Notes under the pieces: generated by a model
What the model saw: only the letters and a program-made list of their open reading frames with translations
Told to the model about the DNA's origin: nothing
Database searches by the model: none
From: Candidatus Zixiibacteriota bacterium
Lineage (GTDB): Bacteria; Zixibacteria; MSB-5A5; UBA10806
Length of the DNA: 64,000 bases
NCBI GenBank assembly: GCA_020344055.1
Contig: CP070813.1
Span: 230,358 to 294,357, forward strand
Reading direction: 5' to 3'
Position numbers and translations under genes: made by a program
Shown here: positions 30,415 to 40,190 of the stretch, piece after piece
How positions within the stretch are numbered: the stretch's first letter is position 1
Layout of the letters: every line of letters starts with the position of its first letter

Positions 30415-31524
30415 ATGGTTAAATTCCTATTATCCATCTCCTTGATTCTAATATCAGCGAGTTTATATATTAGTTATGCGCAGGATGATCCAAGCAGTTT
30501 GTTTCCAATAGAAGTCGATGGAAAGTATGGATTCATTGATGATAAAGGAAATATAATTGTCGAGCCGCAATATGATCGAACATTTGAAATTGATGTGAGA
30601 GTATCTTTTATTTTATTTTTTACATACAAAGGATCTAACGCTCCATATCTCATTAATAAAGACGGGAAATGGGGTTATATCGATATCAATGGAGATATAT
30701 TAATTGAGCCTAAATATGATTGGGCCGGCTCATTTGATGGGGATTTGGCACCTGTTAGAATTGGGGATCAATATTGCTATATCGATAATTCGGGAAACTG
30801 TATTCTTAAGGGAGACTGGGTGGGTGTTGGAGGATTTTATGAAGGGCTTGGAAACATCGAAGTAGTTGATAGCAGTACGGGTAATGATAGTCTCTGGCGC
30901 TGTATTAATAAGGACGGTCAAATGATAATTGAGCCACAATTTAAGGGGGCTACCCCATTTTTTGACGGAAGAGCGGCATTTTGGGAGAAAAATGATCTGG
31001 GCCAAATTAAATGGGGATACATCAACAAAAACGGTGAAGTAGTGATAAATCCTATTTATGACTATGAAAAGAATTTCTCAGAAAATGTCGCTAATGTCCT
31101 TGTCGGTGCGGAAATAAAAGGTGTTTTGGAGTTTGAGGGCGGTAAATGGGGATATATCGACACTTCAGGTAATTTTATAATCAATCCACAATTTGACGAT
31201 GCTGGGCCCTTTTCCGAAAATTTAGCTGCGGTTGAAATAGACGGAAAATGGGGATTCATTAATAAAAGCGGAAAATTCGTTATAGAGCCGAAATATAATT
31301 GGGCTTCGAGATTTTTCGAAGGACTGGCGTTAGTCGATTCTGAAGGGAAATACGGATACATTGATAAAGACGGTGATTATATTATAAAACCAAAATTTAT
31401 AGATGCGGGCAATTTTTATAACGGATTGGCCAGAGTTAATTTCGGAGATAAATGGGGTTACATAAATAAAAAGGGCGAAAATATATTTAAAGATGATTAC
31501 AAAAAACCATTTTTCGCTCGATAA
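30415..31524 (+). CDS. WG-repeat (KWGYI-type) secreted protein
   Basis: Signal peptide plus about 10 repeats of DGKWGYIDxxGxxxIxPxYD; strongly AT-rich gene. Confidence 0.7.
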   Translation: MVKFLLSISLILISASLYISYAQDDPSSLFPIEVDGKYGFIDDKGNIIVEPQYDRTFEIDVRVSFILFFTYKGSNAPYLINKDGKWGYIDINGDILIEPKYDWAGSFDGDLAPVRIGDQYCYIDNSGNCILKGDWVGVGGFYEGLGNIEVVDSSTGNDSLWRCINKDGQMIIEPQFKGATPFFDGRAAFWEKNDLGQIKWGYINKNGEVVINPIYDYEKNFSENVANVLVGAEIKGVLEFEGGKWGYIDTSGNFIINPQFDDAGPFSENLAAVEIDGKWGFINKSGKFVIEPKYNWASRFFEGLALVDSEGKYGYIDKDGDYIIKPKFIDAGNFYNGLARVNFGDKWGYINKKGENIFKDDYKKPFFAR

Positions 31525-31695
31525 TCCGAAATATTAGTTAAGATATGATAGAACTATTCTATTTATATTTTTAAACTTTCAATATTAACCGAATAAATCG
31601 CCCCAAAAACCGATTGCCAAGCCCTTCATATTTCCTTAGATTGCAACATTTATAATGAAAATAATGGTGAACTTTTGATACGGGAGATTTGAGCA

Positions 31696-32898
31696 ATGTA
31701 CGGGAAGATCAAAGAAGACCTCCAGAGAGAACTCCAGGCCACGCGCGACGCCGGCCTTTATAAAGAGGAACGGGTAATCATGACCCCGCAGGGAGCCGAG
31801 ATAAAGGTCAAGACCGGGCAGACGGTCCTTAACTTCTGCGCTAACAACTACTTAGGGCTATCATCGCACCCCAGACTGATCGAAGCCGCCCACAAAACGC
31901 TGGACGAGTGGGGTTACGGGCTGTCGTCGGTGCGGTTTATATGCGGTACCCAGGATATTCACAAACAGCTCGAGGCCAAGGTCTCGGAGTTTCTGGGCAC
32001 CGACGATACCATCCTCTACGCCGCCTGTTTCGATGCCAACGGCGGGGTATTCGAACCGTTTTTCGACGCTGAATGCGCCATCATCTCTGATGCCCTCAAC
32101 CACGCTTCCATCATCGACGGGGTCAGGCTATGTAAAGCCCAGCGGTTCCGTTACGCCAACAACGATATGAACGAGCTCGAGGATTGCCTGAAAAAAGCCA
32201 AGGATCTCAAGTACCGTATCGTCTGCACCGATGGGGTCTTCTCCATGGACGGCAACATCGCCAACCTGAAAGGTATTTGCGACCTGGCCGAAAAATATGA
32301 CGCCATGGTCCTGGTGGACGACTCCCATGCTACCGGTTTCATGGGCAAGACCGGCCGCGGCACCCACGAATACAACGGCGTCATGGGGCGGGTCGATATC
32401 ATAACTACCACCTTCGGTAAGGCGCTCGGCGGCGCGTCAGGAGGATGCACATCCGGTCATAAGGAGATAATCGAGTGGCTTCGTCAGAAATCGCGGCCGT
32501 ACCTGTTCAGCAATACTCTCGCTCCTTCGGTTACCGGCGCCACATTGGAGATGTTCAACATCCTGATGGCCACCACCGAGCTTCGCGACAAGCTGGAAAG
32601 CAACCAGCGCTATTTCCGCAAGGCCATGACCGAAGCCGACTTCGATATCAAGCCCGGCGATCATCCCATCGTTCCCATCATGTTCGGCAAGTTCGAAAAC
32701 GACGCCAAGCTGGCGCAGGATTTCGCCAAAGACATGCTGGCCGAGGGGATTTACGTTATCGGATTCTCCTACCCCGTGGTCCCTAAGGGCCAGGCCCGTA
32801 TCCGTGTGCAGCTCTCCGCCGCCCACAATAAAGAGCACATCGACAAGGCCATCGAGGCGTTCATCAAGATCGGCAAAAAGCATAAGGTGATAGAGTAA
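31696..32898 (+). CDS. kbl: Glycine C-acetyltransferase (2-amino-3-ketobutyrate CoA ligase)
   Basis: Near-colinear match to E. coli Kbl ([15 protein letters not shown]...[16 protein letters not shown]...[31 protein letters not shown]); 400 aa. Confidence 0.9.
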   Translation: MYGKIKEDLQRELQATRDAGLYKEERVIMTPQGAEIKVKTGQTVLNFCANNYLGLSSHPRLIEAAHKTLDEWGYGLSSVRFICGTQDIHKQLEAKVSEFLGTDDTILYAACFDANGGVFEPFFDAECAIISDALNHASIIDGVRLCKAQRFRYANNDMNELEDCLKKAKDLKYRIVCTDGVFSMDGNIANLKGICDLAEKYDAMVLVDDSHATGFMGKTGRGTHEYNGVMGRVDIITTTFGKALGGASGGCTSGHKEIIEWLRQKSRPYLFSNTLAPSVTGATLEMFNILMATTELRDKLESNQRYFRKAMTEADFDIKPGDHPIVPIMFGKFENDAKLAQDFAKDMLAEGIYVIGFSYPVVPKGQARIRVQLSAAHNKEHIDKAIEAFIKIGKKHKVIE

Positions 32899-32906
32899 AC
32901 AATTTC

Positions 32907-33003
32907 GTGGTGTCGGCTCGCCTGAGCCGACACCAAAAATGAGGTCGGCAGTTTATCTGCCGACGCGCTGTTATAGGGACAGATCATCGGTCTGTCCTTT
33001 TTA
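32907..33003 (+). terminator. Three consecutive hairpins after kbl, the last a GC stem + T-run intrinsic terminator
   Basis: GTGTCGGCTCGCCTGAGCCGACAC, GTCGGCAGTTTATCTGCCGAC, then GGGACAGATCATCGGTCTGTCCTTTTT. Confidence 0.6.
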
Positions 33004-33080
33004 TATAATTTCCATTTTTATTATATTTATTTGAGATCTTTTCTGGACTAGGACTGTAAAACCATTTATAACATACATTC
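32967..33080 (+). repeat. Intergenic cassette copy A (terminator hairpin + conserved leader/promoter-like block) upstream of paralog 1
   Basis: GCTGTTATAGGGACAGATCATCGGTCTGTCC ... GAGATCTTTTCTGGACTAGGACTGTAAAACCATTTATAACATAC; compare copies at 34258..34372 and 35531..35565. Confidence 0.6.
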
Positions 33081-33099
33081 CTTAACAAGGAGAAAATTA

Positions 33100-34182
33100 A
33101 TGAGCGTATTTTCCTCATGCAGGTTACTTATAATATCAAGCTTTACTATTTTGGCATCAATTTTACTATTCCCTTCAACGGGTGAATGCCAGGTAATTTC
33201 CGGTCATTCGCGATTTTTACTGGTGGCCCCCGACGCTCGCGGCAAAAGCCTGGCCGACGGCGGTAGCGTATTCTCAAAGAGCGCGGCCTCGGTATATTAC
33301 AACCCGGCGCTCCTTGTAACCGGCTATCAGTTTTCGGCGGAGGTAAATTACTGTAAGCATTTGCCGCTTCTTTCAGATGTTTCAATTAGTAATTATTTCA
33401 TTTCAAAAAGCCTTAATGACTGGGGCTATTTTGGTATAGGATATTCAAGGCATGATTATGGAGGTGGAGAACGACTGGACGAATATTATCGAACGATTAA
33501 ACCTTACGCATATTCCCTGGGTATCTGGTATGCGATTTCATTCGATCCTTATAATTCGTGTGGAATAGGCGTCAAGTTTATAAAGATCCATGCGGGGCGA
33601 TACAGAATAGATTCTTCGACGCTCGAGGCCTCGTCAATGGCAATTGATTTCGGGATGCTATCAAGAAATCACCTCCCGCAGGCGACCTGGCAAAATGACG
33701 AGATATTTTACCCCCATATTAACAGGCTTTTTAAGGTAGAGAGGGATAAGGGATTTTCCTTCGGGATTTCGTTCTCAAATCTTGGGAGGGATCTTGAATA
33801 TGAACATTATCCTTATTCCGAATCCATTCCGAAACGGCTTCGCGTCGCCGCCGGATACCAGGCGGTGGATTCGGAGCCGGTGGGATTGCGTTTGACGGTT
33901 GACGCCACCAGAGTGCTGATCGATATGGATGATTCGTTCAGAGAAGAATGGAGTGAGGTTGCCTGGTCATACGGATTGGAATCGACTTTCTATTATATCG
34001 TTCATTTCCGCTTCGGCAGGTTATTGGATCGGGGCGATCACCAGCGATACAATACCATCGGATTCGGTGTCGGACCGGAGTGGCTGAGCTTGGATTATTC
34101 GTATGTGTTAGACAGCGATGATCGATGGAATCGAAGCGGCGAAGAATATTCGTTTTCCCTTAGATGTAATATTTCACCATAA
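33100..34182 (+). CDS. Signal-peptide protein, paralog 1 of a tandem triplicated family (predicted outer-membrane beta-barrel-like; possibly PorV/PorQ-type T9SS-associated, unverified)
   Basis: 360 aa; shares with paralogs 2 and 3 the blocks PDARGKSL..GGSVFS, YYNPALLVT, LGIWAA.SFDP.NS.G.GIK, FDFG.LSRNHLP, ERD.GFSFG.S, AGYQA.DSEPVGLRL.VDAT, WSYGLE.TFYY, RFNT.GFG.GPEW.SLDYS, EEYS.S.RCNISP. Confidence 0.5.
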   Translation: MSVFSSCRLLIISSFTILASILLFPSTGECQVISGHSRFLLVAPDARGKSLADGGSVFSKSAASVYYNPALLVTGYQFSAEVNYCKHLPLLSDVSISNYFISKSLNDWGYFGIGYSRHDYGGGERLDEYYRTIKPYAYSLGIWYAISFDPYNSCGIGVKFIKIHAGRYRIDSSTLEASSMAIDFGMLSRNHLPQATWQNDEIFYPHINRLFKVERDKGFSFGISFSNLGRDLEYEHYPYSESIPKRLRVAAGYQAVDSEPVGLRLTVDATRVLIDMDDSFREEWSEVAWSYGLESTFYYIVHFRFGRLLDRGDHQRYNTIGFGVGPEWLSLDYSYVLDSDDRWNRSGEEYSFSLRCNISP

Positions 34183-34257
34183 GTCATGTAGCTCGGTAGC
34201 TTGCTACCGCCATCGGTATGGTTCCCAAGCGGCGCTTGGGAACCAGGAATATATAAT

Positions 34258-34372
34258 TTGTAGGGACAGATCACCGATCTGTCCTTATTTAAATTAAAAT
34301 ACACCTACTCAAAATATAAATGGGATCTTTTCTGGATTATAACTATAAAACCATTTATAATATAATTTCCTG
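34258..34372 (+). repeat. Intergenic cassette copy B upstream of paralog 2
   Basis: TGTAGGGACAGATCACCGATCTGTCC ... GGGATCTTTTCTGGATTATAACTATAAAACCATTTATAATATAA; near-identical to copy A in both sub-blocks. Confidence 0.6.
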
Positions 34373-34388
34373 AGCAAAGGAGAATCAG

Positions 34389-35498
34389 ATGGGTGTATCT
34401 TTTCCAGGCCGGCGTTACCTAATAGCAGGTTTTACTATTTTTGCGTCAATCACGCTATTGCCGGCATACGGGCAAAGCCAGGACGGCCATATTGAGGCTC
34501 GATTTCTCTTAATACCTCCCGACGCCCGCGGCAGAGCTCTCGGCGAGGGCGGCAGCGTCTTCTCCAAAGGGGCGATTTCCGCCTATTATAACCCCGCACT
34601 TCTGGTTACCAGCGAGCTGTTTTCCGGTGAGTTCAATTACAGCGATTACGCGCCCGATTTCGTTGACGGCATGTCCACCAAAAATATCTTCATATCAAAT
34701 AATATAGATGATATGGTTTTTTGCGCCCTGGGATATACTAGATTTGACTTTTCCAATGGTTTAGATATACCCGAGTATGAGTCTGAATCTTATGACTATT
34801 CGCTGGGTATCTGGGCAGCGGTTTCATTTGACCCTCATAATTCATTGGGGGCGGGAATCAAATATATTAAAAGGTATCACCAATCATCTTATATGGGATC
34901 GGATTATGTATCATCGCGTGAAGGATCCTCCTACGCGTTCGATTTCGGCCTGCTATCCCGGAATCACCTGCCGGTTACCACCTTATACAACGATACGATT
35001 TATTACCCTGTCTTACACAAGCTGTTTAAAGTCGAGAGAGACAGGGGATTTTCATTCGGTATCTCCCTGGCTAATGTCGGTAAGGCAATGACATTCTTCG
35101 AAAAAGATAGAGCCGATCCAATTCCCAGAAATTTCCGATTCGCCGCTGGATATCAGGCGATCGACACCGAACCTGTAGGCCTGCGATTGACCCTCGACGC
35201 CACCAAACTGCTTATCGACGTTGATGATTCCTTTAAAGAGGAATGGAACGAAATCGTCTGGTCGTACGGCCTTGAAGCTACGTTTTATTATATTTTACAT
35301 TTTCGCCTTGGACGGCTATTTGACCGCGATAGCTACCAACGGTTCAATACCGTCGGATTCGGTATCGGCCCGGAGTGGCTCAGCCTGGATTATTCCACGA
35401 TTCTGGGAGATACCGATGATTGGCGCTGGAACAGAAGAGCTGAAGAATATTCGATCTCAATTAGATGTAATATTTCGCCGAATGATTTAAACTTGTAG
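34389..35498 (+). CDS. Signal-peptide protein, paralog 2 of the tandem family
   Basis: 369 aa; same conserved blocks as paralog 1 (about 50% identity by eye), preceded by the same intergenic cassette. Confidence 0.5.
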   Translation: MGVSFPGRRYLIAGFTIFASITLLPAYGQSQDGHIEARFLLIPPDARGRALGEGGSVFSKGAISAYYNPALLVTSELFSGEFNYSDYAPDFVDGMSTKNIFISNNIDDMVFCALGYTRFDFSNGLDIPEYESESYDYSLGIWAAVSFDPHNSLGAGIKYIKRYHQSSYMGSDYVSSREGSSYAFDFGLLSRNHLPVTTLYNDTIYYPVLHKLFKVERDRGFSFGISLANVGKAMTFFEKDRADPIPRNFRFAAGYQAIDTEPVGLRLTLDATKLLIDVDDSFKEEWNEIVWSYGLEATFYYILHFRLGRLFDRDSYQRFNTVGFGIGPEWLSLDYSTILGDTDDWRWNRRAEEYSISIRCNISPNDLNL

Positions 35499-35530
35499 GT
35501 CGGCCCCGCGGAACGCGGGGCTGCCGACAC

Positions 35531-35565
35531 GCTGTTATTGGGACAGATCATCGACCCGTCCTTTA
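35531..35565 (+). repeat. Intergenic cassette copy C (terminator part only) upstream of paralog 3
   Basis: GCTGTTATTGGGACAGATCATCGACCCGTCC, nearly identical to the copy-A hairpin; the leader block has diverged. Confidence 0.5.
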
Positions 35566-35674
35566 TTTGTATCCATATAAATAATAATCGCTTGCAATAT
35601 ACAATCATAAACTCTATTATGGTTTAGAATTGAAAATACAATGCAAGCATCATCCGCACCGAAGGGGAAAGGCC

Positions 35675-36799
35675 ATGAAAGTATTATCGAGCTATCTCAA
35701 AAGCAAATATGTTAGAGCCGGTATAATCGTTATTGCATCAGTCGCATTATTGCCTTCGATTGGGCAGTGTCAGGCACGGTATACAAATCCGCAATTCTTA
35801 TTGATAGCCCCGGACGCCCGGGGCAAAAGCCTGGGCGGAGGCGGAAGCGTGTTTTCCATAGGCGCCATTTCCGCATATTATAATCCCGCGCTTCTTGTGA
35901 CCAGCGAGGAGTTTTCGGGAGAGTATAATTATTGCGGTTATATGCCGAAAATCGCTGACGATTTATTCCCGAAAAATATCTACCTTTCTTCCAATTACAG
36001 GGATTTGCTCTATTTTGGAATGGGCTATTCCAAATTTAGTTACGGGGAACAGGAACGGATGGACGAATTGGGAAATCTGTTGGGTAGATTCGAATCATAT
36101 GAATCTGCTCTGGGTTTCTGGGCCGCCATTACCTTTGATCCGGACAACTCATTTGGAGCCGGAATTAAATACATTGAAAGCCATCTGGCGGAAGTCGGGG
36201 CCGGGTCGGAAAGAGGTAGAGGCGATGCCTCGACCGTTGCTTTTGATTTCGGCATATTGTCTCGAAACCATCTTCCCGAAGCAACCTGGCAGAATGAAAA
36301 GATATTTTATCCTGATCTCCGCAGGCTTTTCGGGGTGGAAAGAGATTTGGGATTTTCATTCGGTGTGTCGATCGCGAACCTGGGCGAAGGTCTGGAATAT
36401 ATCGATGAGGACCAGTCCTATCCTCTCCCAAAACGACTTCGTTTAGGCCTCGGATACCAGGCTATCGATTCGGAGCCGGTCGGATTACGATTGGCCGTCG
36501 ACGCCACCAAAATATTGGTTTATATGAATGACCCCTTCGAAAGAGAATGGTACGAAATCGTCTGGTCGTACGGCTTGGAATCTACCTTCTATTATCTGTT
36601 TAGTATCCGATTCGGGCGTATGTTAGACCGCGATGGCCATCAGAGATTTAATACTATCGGATTCGGTATAGGGCCGGAATGGTTCAGTCTGGATTATTCC
36701 CGCGTTCTGGATAGCGATATCGACTGGAATCGAAGAGGCGATGAATATTCAATTTCGATCAGATGCAATATCTCCCCGAAGACTTTTAAGAACTTTTAA
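35675..36799 (+). CDS. Signal-peptide protein, paralog 3 of the tandem family
   Basis: Start placed at MKVLSSY (signal peptide) inside ORF 35630..36799; same conserved blocks; ends in ...KTFKNF (aromatic C-terminus, as expected for barrel OMPs). Confidence 0.5.
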   Translation: MKVLSSYLKSKYVRAGIIVIASVALLPSIGQCQARYTNPQFLLIAPDARGKSLGGGGSVFSIGAISAYYNPALLVTSEEFSGEYNYCGYMPKIADDLFPKNIYLSSNYRDLLYFGMGYSKFSYGEQERMDELGNLLGRFESYESALGFWAAITFDPDNSFGAGIKYIESHLAEVGAGSERGRGDASTVAFDFGILSRNHLPEATWQNEKIFYPDLRRLFGVERDLGFSFGVSIANLGEGLEYIDEDQSYPLPKRLRLGLGYQAIDSEPVGLRLAVDATKILVYMNDPFEREWYEIVWSYGLESTFYYLFSIRFGRMLDRDGHQRFNTIGFGIGPEWFSLDYSRVLDSDIDWNRRGDEYSISIRCNISPKTFKNF

Positions 36800-36856
36800 T
36801 AACAGAAATCTGCAGGGTACAGCTAGCCAAGGCCAAGCGGTATCATTAGAAAAATA

Positions 36857-37362
36857 TTATTTCCCCGGCGGCGTATATACTACCCCGTGCTCGAGATAAA
36901 ACTTGAGCAGGGTCAGCGCCTCACCCCAGCAGCAGGCGCACTCCAGGATCATGGCGCGGGCCTCGGAGGTATCAGGATAACCGGATTCGGTCAATGTAAC
37001 AACCGTGCCGCCGTGTTTCCCCTCCAGCGCCAATTCCACCGTCGTGAAATAACTTTCCCCACCGGGTACCATTCGAACGCGAAACTATTCGGCCTCTCGG
37101 CTTTGACGACCCTGCATTCGGTCTCAGCGCTGTAGAAATCCTGTCCCCAATCCTTCCAGCGGAACCACATCCTCCCGTCCGGTCTTGGATCAATCTCGGT
37201 GGCATGGGTGAAAAACGTGTTCCAGTCATCGCCGGATGTAATAGTATAGAAAACCTTCTCCGGCGGCGCAGCGATAAATACTCTATGCTTGATATCTTTT
37301 CCGAATTGTCCTGACATATCTTCCTCCATAAATCTGTGAATAGGCGAATCTAATTGAAACAT
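36857..37362 (-). pseudogene. SRPBCC (AHSA1/polyketide-cyclase-like) gene interrupted by a frameshift near 37060..37080
   Basis: ORF 36991..37362 encodes an SRPBCC N-terminal approx 100 aa (RVFIAAPPEKVFYTITSGDDWNTFF...AFEW); the C-terminal beta-strands and helix continue in another frame as ORF 36857..37072 (ESYFTTVELALEGKHGGTVVTL...WGEALTLLKFYLEHG). Confidence 0.5.
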
Positions 37363-37491
37363 AAATCGATATCAATATGTAATGTTAATATGGAGATAGA
37401 AAGAAACAATAGGATTGACTATTTCAAAAAACCATTTATCTTAAAATAAGCAAATTAAACTTATCTTCAACGCCTTTACAAGAGGTCCAAA

Positions 37492-39186
37492 ATGAGAAAA
37501 ATCTACTATCCTAAAACGTTCTTTACGGCTATCATCTTTTTGCTCGTGGCGATAACGGCTTTTGCCCAGTGGCCGGTTAGCTCCGACAGTAACATGATCA
37601 TATGCGATCGGTTCGGCGACCAGTGCATACCGAAAATCGCCGCCGCATCCGATGGCGGCTGCTATGTCAGCTGGTTCGATCATTCCTCCGGTAATTACGA
37701 TGTTTACATGCAGCGGTTGAACGGCAACGGCGTGATTCAATGGGATTCAGGTGGAATGTTGATAAGCAACGAAACGCAGGAAACCTGGCTCACCGATTAC
37801 GATATGACGGTCGATGGTGACGATCATGCCATAGTGGTGTTCAACGATACCAGGGCTGGCGGCGACTGGGATATCTACGCCTATCGAATTAGCCCGAATG
37901 GAGATTTTATCTGGGGTACGAGCGGCCTGACACTTTCCGATAATGTCAACTTCGAGGCCAATGCGGTGGTTACTGTAACATCATCCGGTAATTTCGTCTT
38001 CGCCTGGCAGGATGAAATCTCGGTCTATCTTCGAAAAGTCGATCCCCAGGGGACCGACATGTGGTCGCCGCATACGATCAATATCACATCAACATATGGT
38101 ACGGTGAAGCCTCGAATCGTCTCGGCCGAGAGCGACGACGTTATCGTGGCGGTAATGCAGGCCAGCGGCCCGAACTACTGGGACCCTCAACATCTATATG
38201 CTCATAAGTTCGATTCTCTTGGCGTTGAACAATGGGGAAGCGGAGGAGTAGCTATCAGCACCGCCGGGGGAATCGCTCCTTATATGGATTATGATCTTAC
38301 TTCTGACGGTGACGGGGGAGCATATTCTTTCTGGTATGATGACAGAGATATGAGTCTCAATGCATACGTCCAGCATATTCTTTCCGACGGCGCGATGGCC
38401 TGGACGGCCAACGGCGTTCAGGTTTCACTTGCCGCCGGAGAACTGCAGATGTACCCCTCCCTGGTCCGCTTCTCATCCTCCAGCGAAGTGCTGGTATTCT
38501 ACCTGGCAACCGATATAAACCAGAACCTGAATGGCGTCCACGGGCAGAAACTCGACTCTCTGGGCACCCGGCAATGGGGCTCGAACGGAATCGTTTTCGT
38601 ACCTATGACTAACCAGACCAGAAGCCATATTTCCGCCCAACCTCAACCCGAAGGAGCCGTCATAGTCTATAAAGAATACCCGCCCGGCAGCGCTATTCAA
38701 AGCTATATAAAAGCCACCAGGGTCGATATGGACGGCAATCAGGTATGGAGTACATCGCCGGTCGATATGTGCTCGAACCTGAGTGAAAAGATACGTGTCC
38801 CGACGACAGTTAATGATTCAGGCATGGTGATTGCCGCCTGGGATGATGGAAGGTTAGATCCCAACGGCGACATCTATCTGCAGAATATCAATGCCGACGG
38901 TTCCCTGGGACCGCCATCAGGTTCCTCCGGATGCGAATATGTGGTAGGCGATGTTAACAACAGCGGCGCCTATAACGGCCTCGACATAACTTATGGTGTG
39001 GCGTTTTTCAAAGGAGGCGCCGCCCCTCCTTACCAATGCGAATGTACGCCGGGCAACTTCTGGTATGTCGCGGGTGACGTCAATAACAGCTGCTCGTTTA
39101 ACGGGTTGGATATTACCTACGGCGTGGCGTACTTCAAGGGCGGCGCCGACCCGATACCATGTGATGATTGCCCGCCGGTAGAATAA
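37492..39186 (+). CDS. Secreted protein with C-terminal tandem dockerin-like Ca-binding repeats
   Basis: Signal peptide; C-terminus has two copies of GDVNNSGxxNGLDITYGVAxFKGGA (dockerin type-I-like). No T9SS CTD. Confidence 0.5.
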   Translation: MRKIYYPKTFFTAIIFLLVAITAFAQWPVSSDSNMIICDRFGDQCIPKIAAASDGGCYVSWFDHSSGNYDVYMQRLNGNGVIQWDSGGMLISNETQETWLTDYDMTVDGDDHAIVVFNDTRAGGDWDIYAYRISPNGDFIWGTSGLTLSDNVNFEANAVVTVTSSGNFVFAWQDEISVYLRKVDPQGTDMWSPHTINITSTYGTVKPRIVSAESDDVIVAVMQASGPNYWDPQHLYAHKFDSLGVEQWGSGGVAISTAGGIAPYMDYDLTSDGDGGAYSFWYDDRDMSLNAYVQHILSDGAMAWTANGVQVSLAAGELQMYPSLVRFSSSSEVLVFYLATDINQNLNGVHGQKLDSLGTRQWGSNGIVFVPMTNQTRSHISAQPQPEGAVIVYKEYPPGSAIQSYIKATRVDMDGNQVWSTSPVDMCSNLSEKIRVPTTVNDSGMVIAAWDDGRLDPNGDIYLQNINADGSLGPPSGSSGCEYVVGDVNNSGAYNGLDITYGVAFFKGGAAPPYQCECTPGNFWYVAGDVNNSCSFNGLDITYGVAYFKGGADPIPCDDCPPVE

Positions 39187-39298
39187 GCACATCTCGTTCC
39201 CAGGCGCCGCCTGGAAACGAGTAAAAACCAATTGCTATTACAAAGATAGTATAGGGGTTCAAAATTGGAGCCCCTGCTGTAATTTGTTCAATTAAATC

Positions 39299-40096
39299 CT
39301 ATCCCAGCGTTACATCCAGATAAAGCATCACCACAATGCCCACCATGGTGCCGATTGTCGCCAGCCTCTCGTGGCCTTTGCGGTGCGTTTCCGGCACGAT
39401 CTCATCGCTGATGACATAAAGCATGGCGCCCGCGGCAAATCCCATGGCATAGGGGAGTATCGGCGCCGCTATTGTCACCGCCCAGGCGCCGAACAGAGCC
39501 AGCGGTATCTCAACCAAACCGGCCCGGATTCCCACCAGGCTGGCGTAAAAATATGTGCCCATTCCAACGCCAAGAGCGGCTACCGCCACCGCAAGACCCT
39601 CGGGTATATTCTGAATTCCGATCGCCAGCATCAATTTTAGCGCATTATCAATATCCCCGGACCCGAATCCCACGCCCACCGCCAATCCTTCAGGCGCATT
39701 ATGAAGTGTGATGGCGATAATAAAAAGCCATACCGCCCTTATTCTCTTTGTCTTAATGCCTTCAGGTCCCTTAACCGCGTGCTGATGCGGGAAGATGTGA
39801 TCGGATAGATCCAGAAGGATCACACCCAGCGCTACCCCGATTATAACGGGCCATATACCGCCGTAGTCAATACCCGGCAGGATAAGACTGGTGAAACTGG
39901 CGGTGAGCATTATACCGGCCGCAAATCCCAATGAAACATCAAGAAATTTCTCCGATGGTCTTCTCCAGAGCAATACTATCAACGCACCGATAGCGTTAGT
40001 CAGGGTAATAAATAAACCACCGATCAAGCCCTGCCAGATCGGGTTCGATCCGGCAATCGCCCTGAAAGCATTTTCAATCCAGCCTGTCTCCATCAT
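39299..40096 (-). CDS. zupT: ZIP-family divalent metal transporter (ZupT-like)
   Basis: 265 aa, 8 TM; HNAPEGLAVGV and HNIPEGLAVAV motifs diagnostic of ZIP/ZupT. Confidence 0.8.
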   Translation of the reverse strand: MMETGWIENAFRAIAGSNPIWQGLIGGLFITLTNAIGALIVLLWRRPSEKFLDVSLGFAAGIMLTASFTSLILPGIDYGGIWPVIIGVALGVILLDLSDHIFPHQHAVKGPEGIKTKRIRAVWLFIIAITLHNAPEGLAVGVGFGSGDIDNALKLMLAIGIQNIPEGLAVAVAALGVGMGTYFYASLVGIRAGLVEIPLALFGAWAVTIAAPILPYAMGFAAGAMLYVISDEIVPETHRKGHERLATIGTMVGIVVMLYLDVTLG

Positions 40097-40190
40097 CTAC
40101 CCCTTCAAAATCGTTTAATCTCGTTTGTTATGTGAATATGATTCTCATTATCATATTCAATATAATCCAAGGTCTTAACCCTCTCAACAA

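Noticed and set aside
34190-34215. GTAGCTCGGTAGC, a tRNA-like acceptor/D-arm string
   Set aside because: No T-loop (GGTTCGAATCC-like) or cloverleaf follows; it is part of a terminator palindrome. No tRNA genes were found anywhere in the window.
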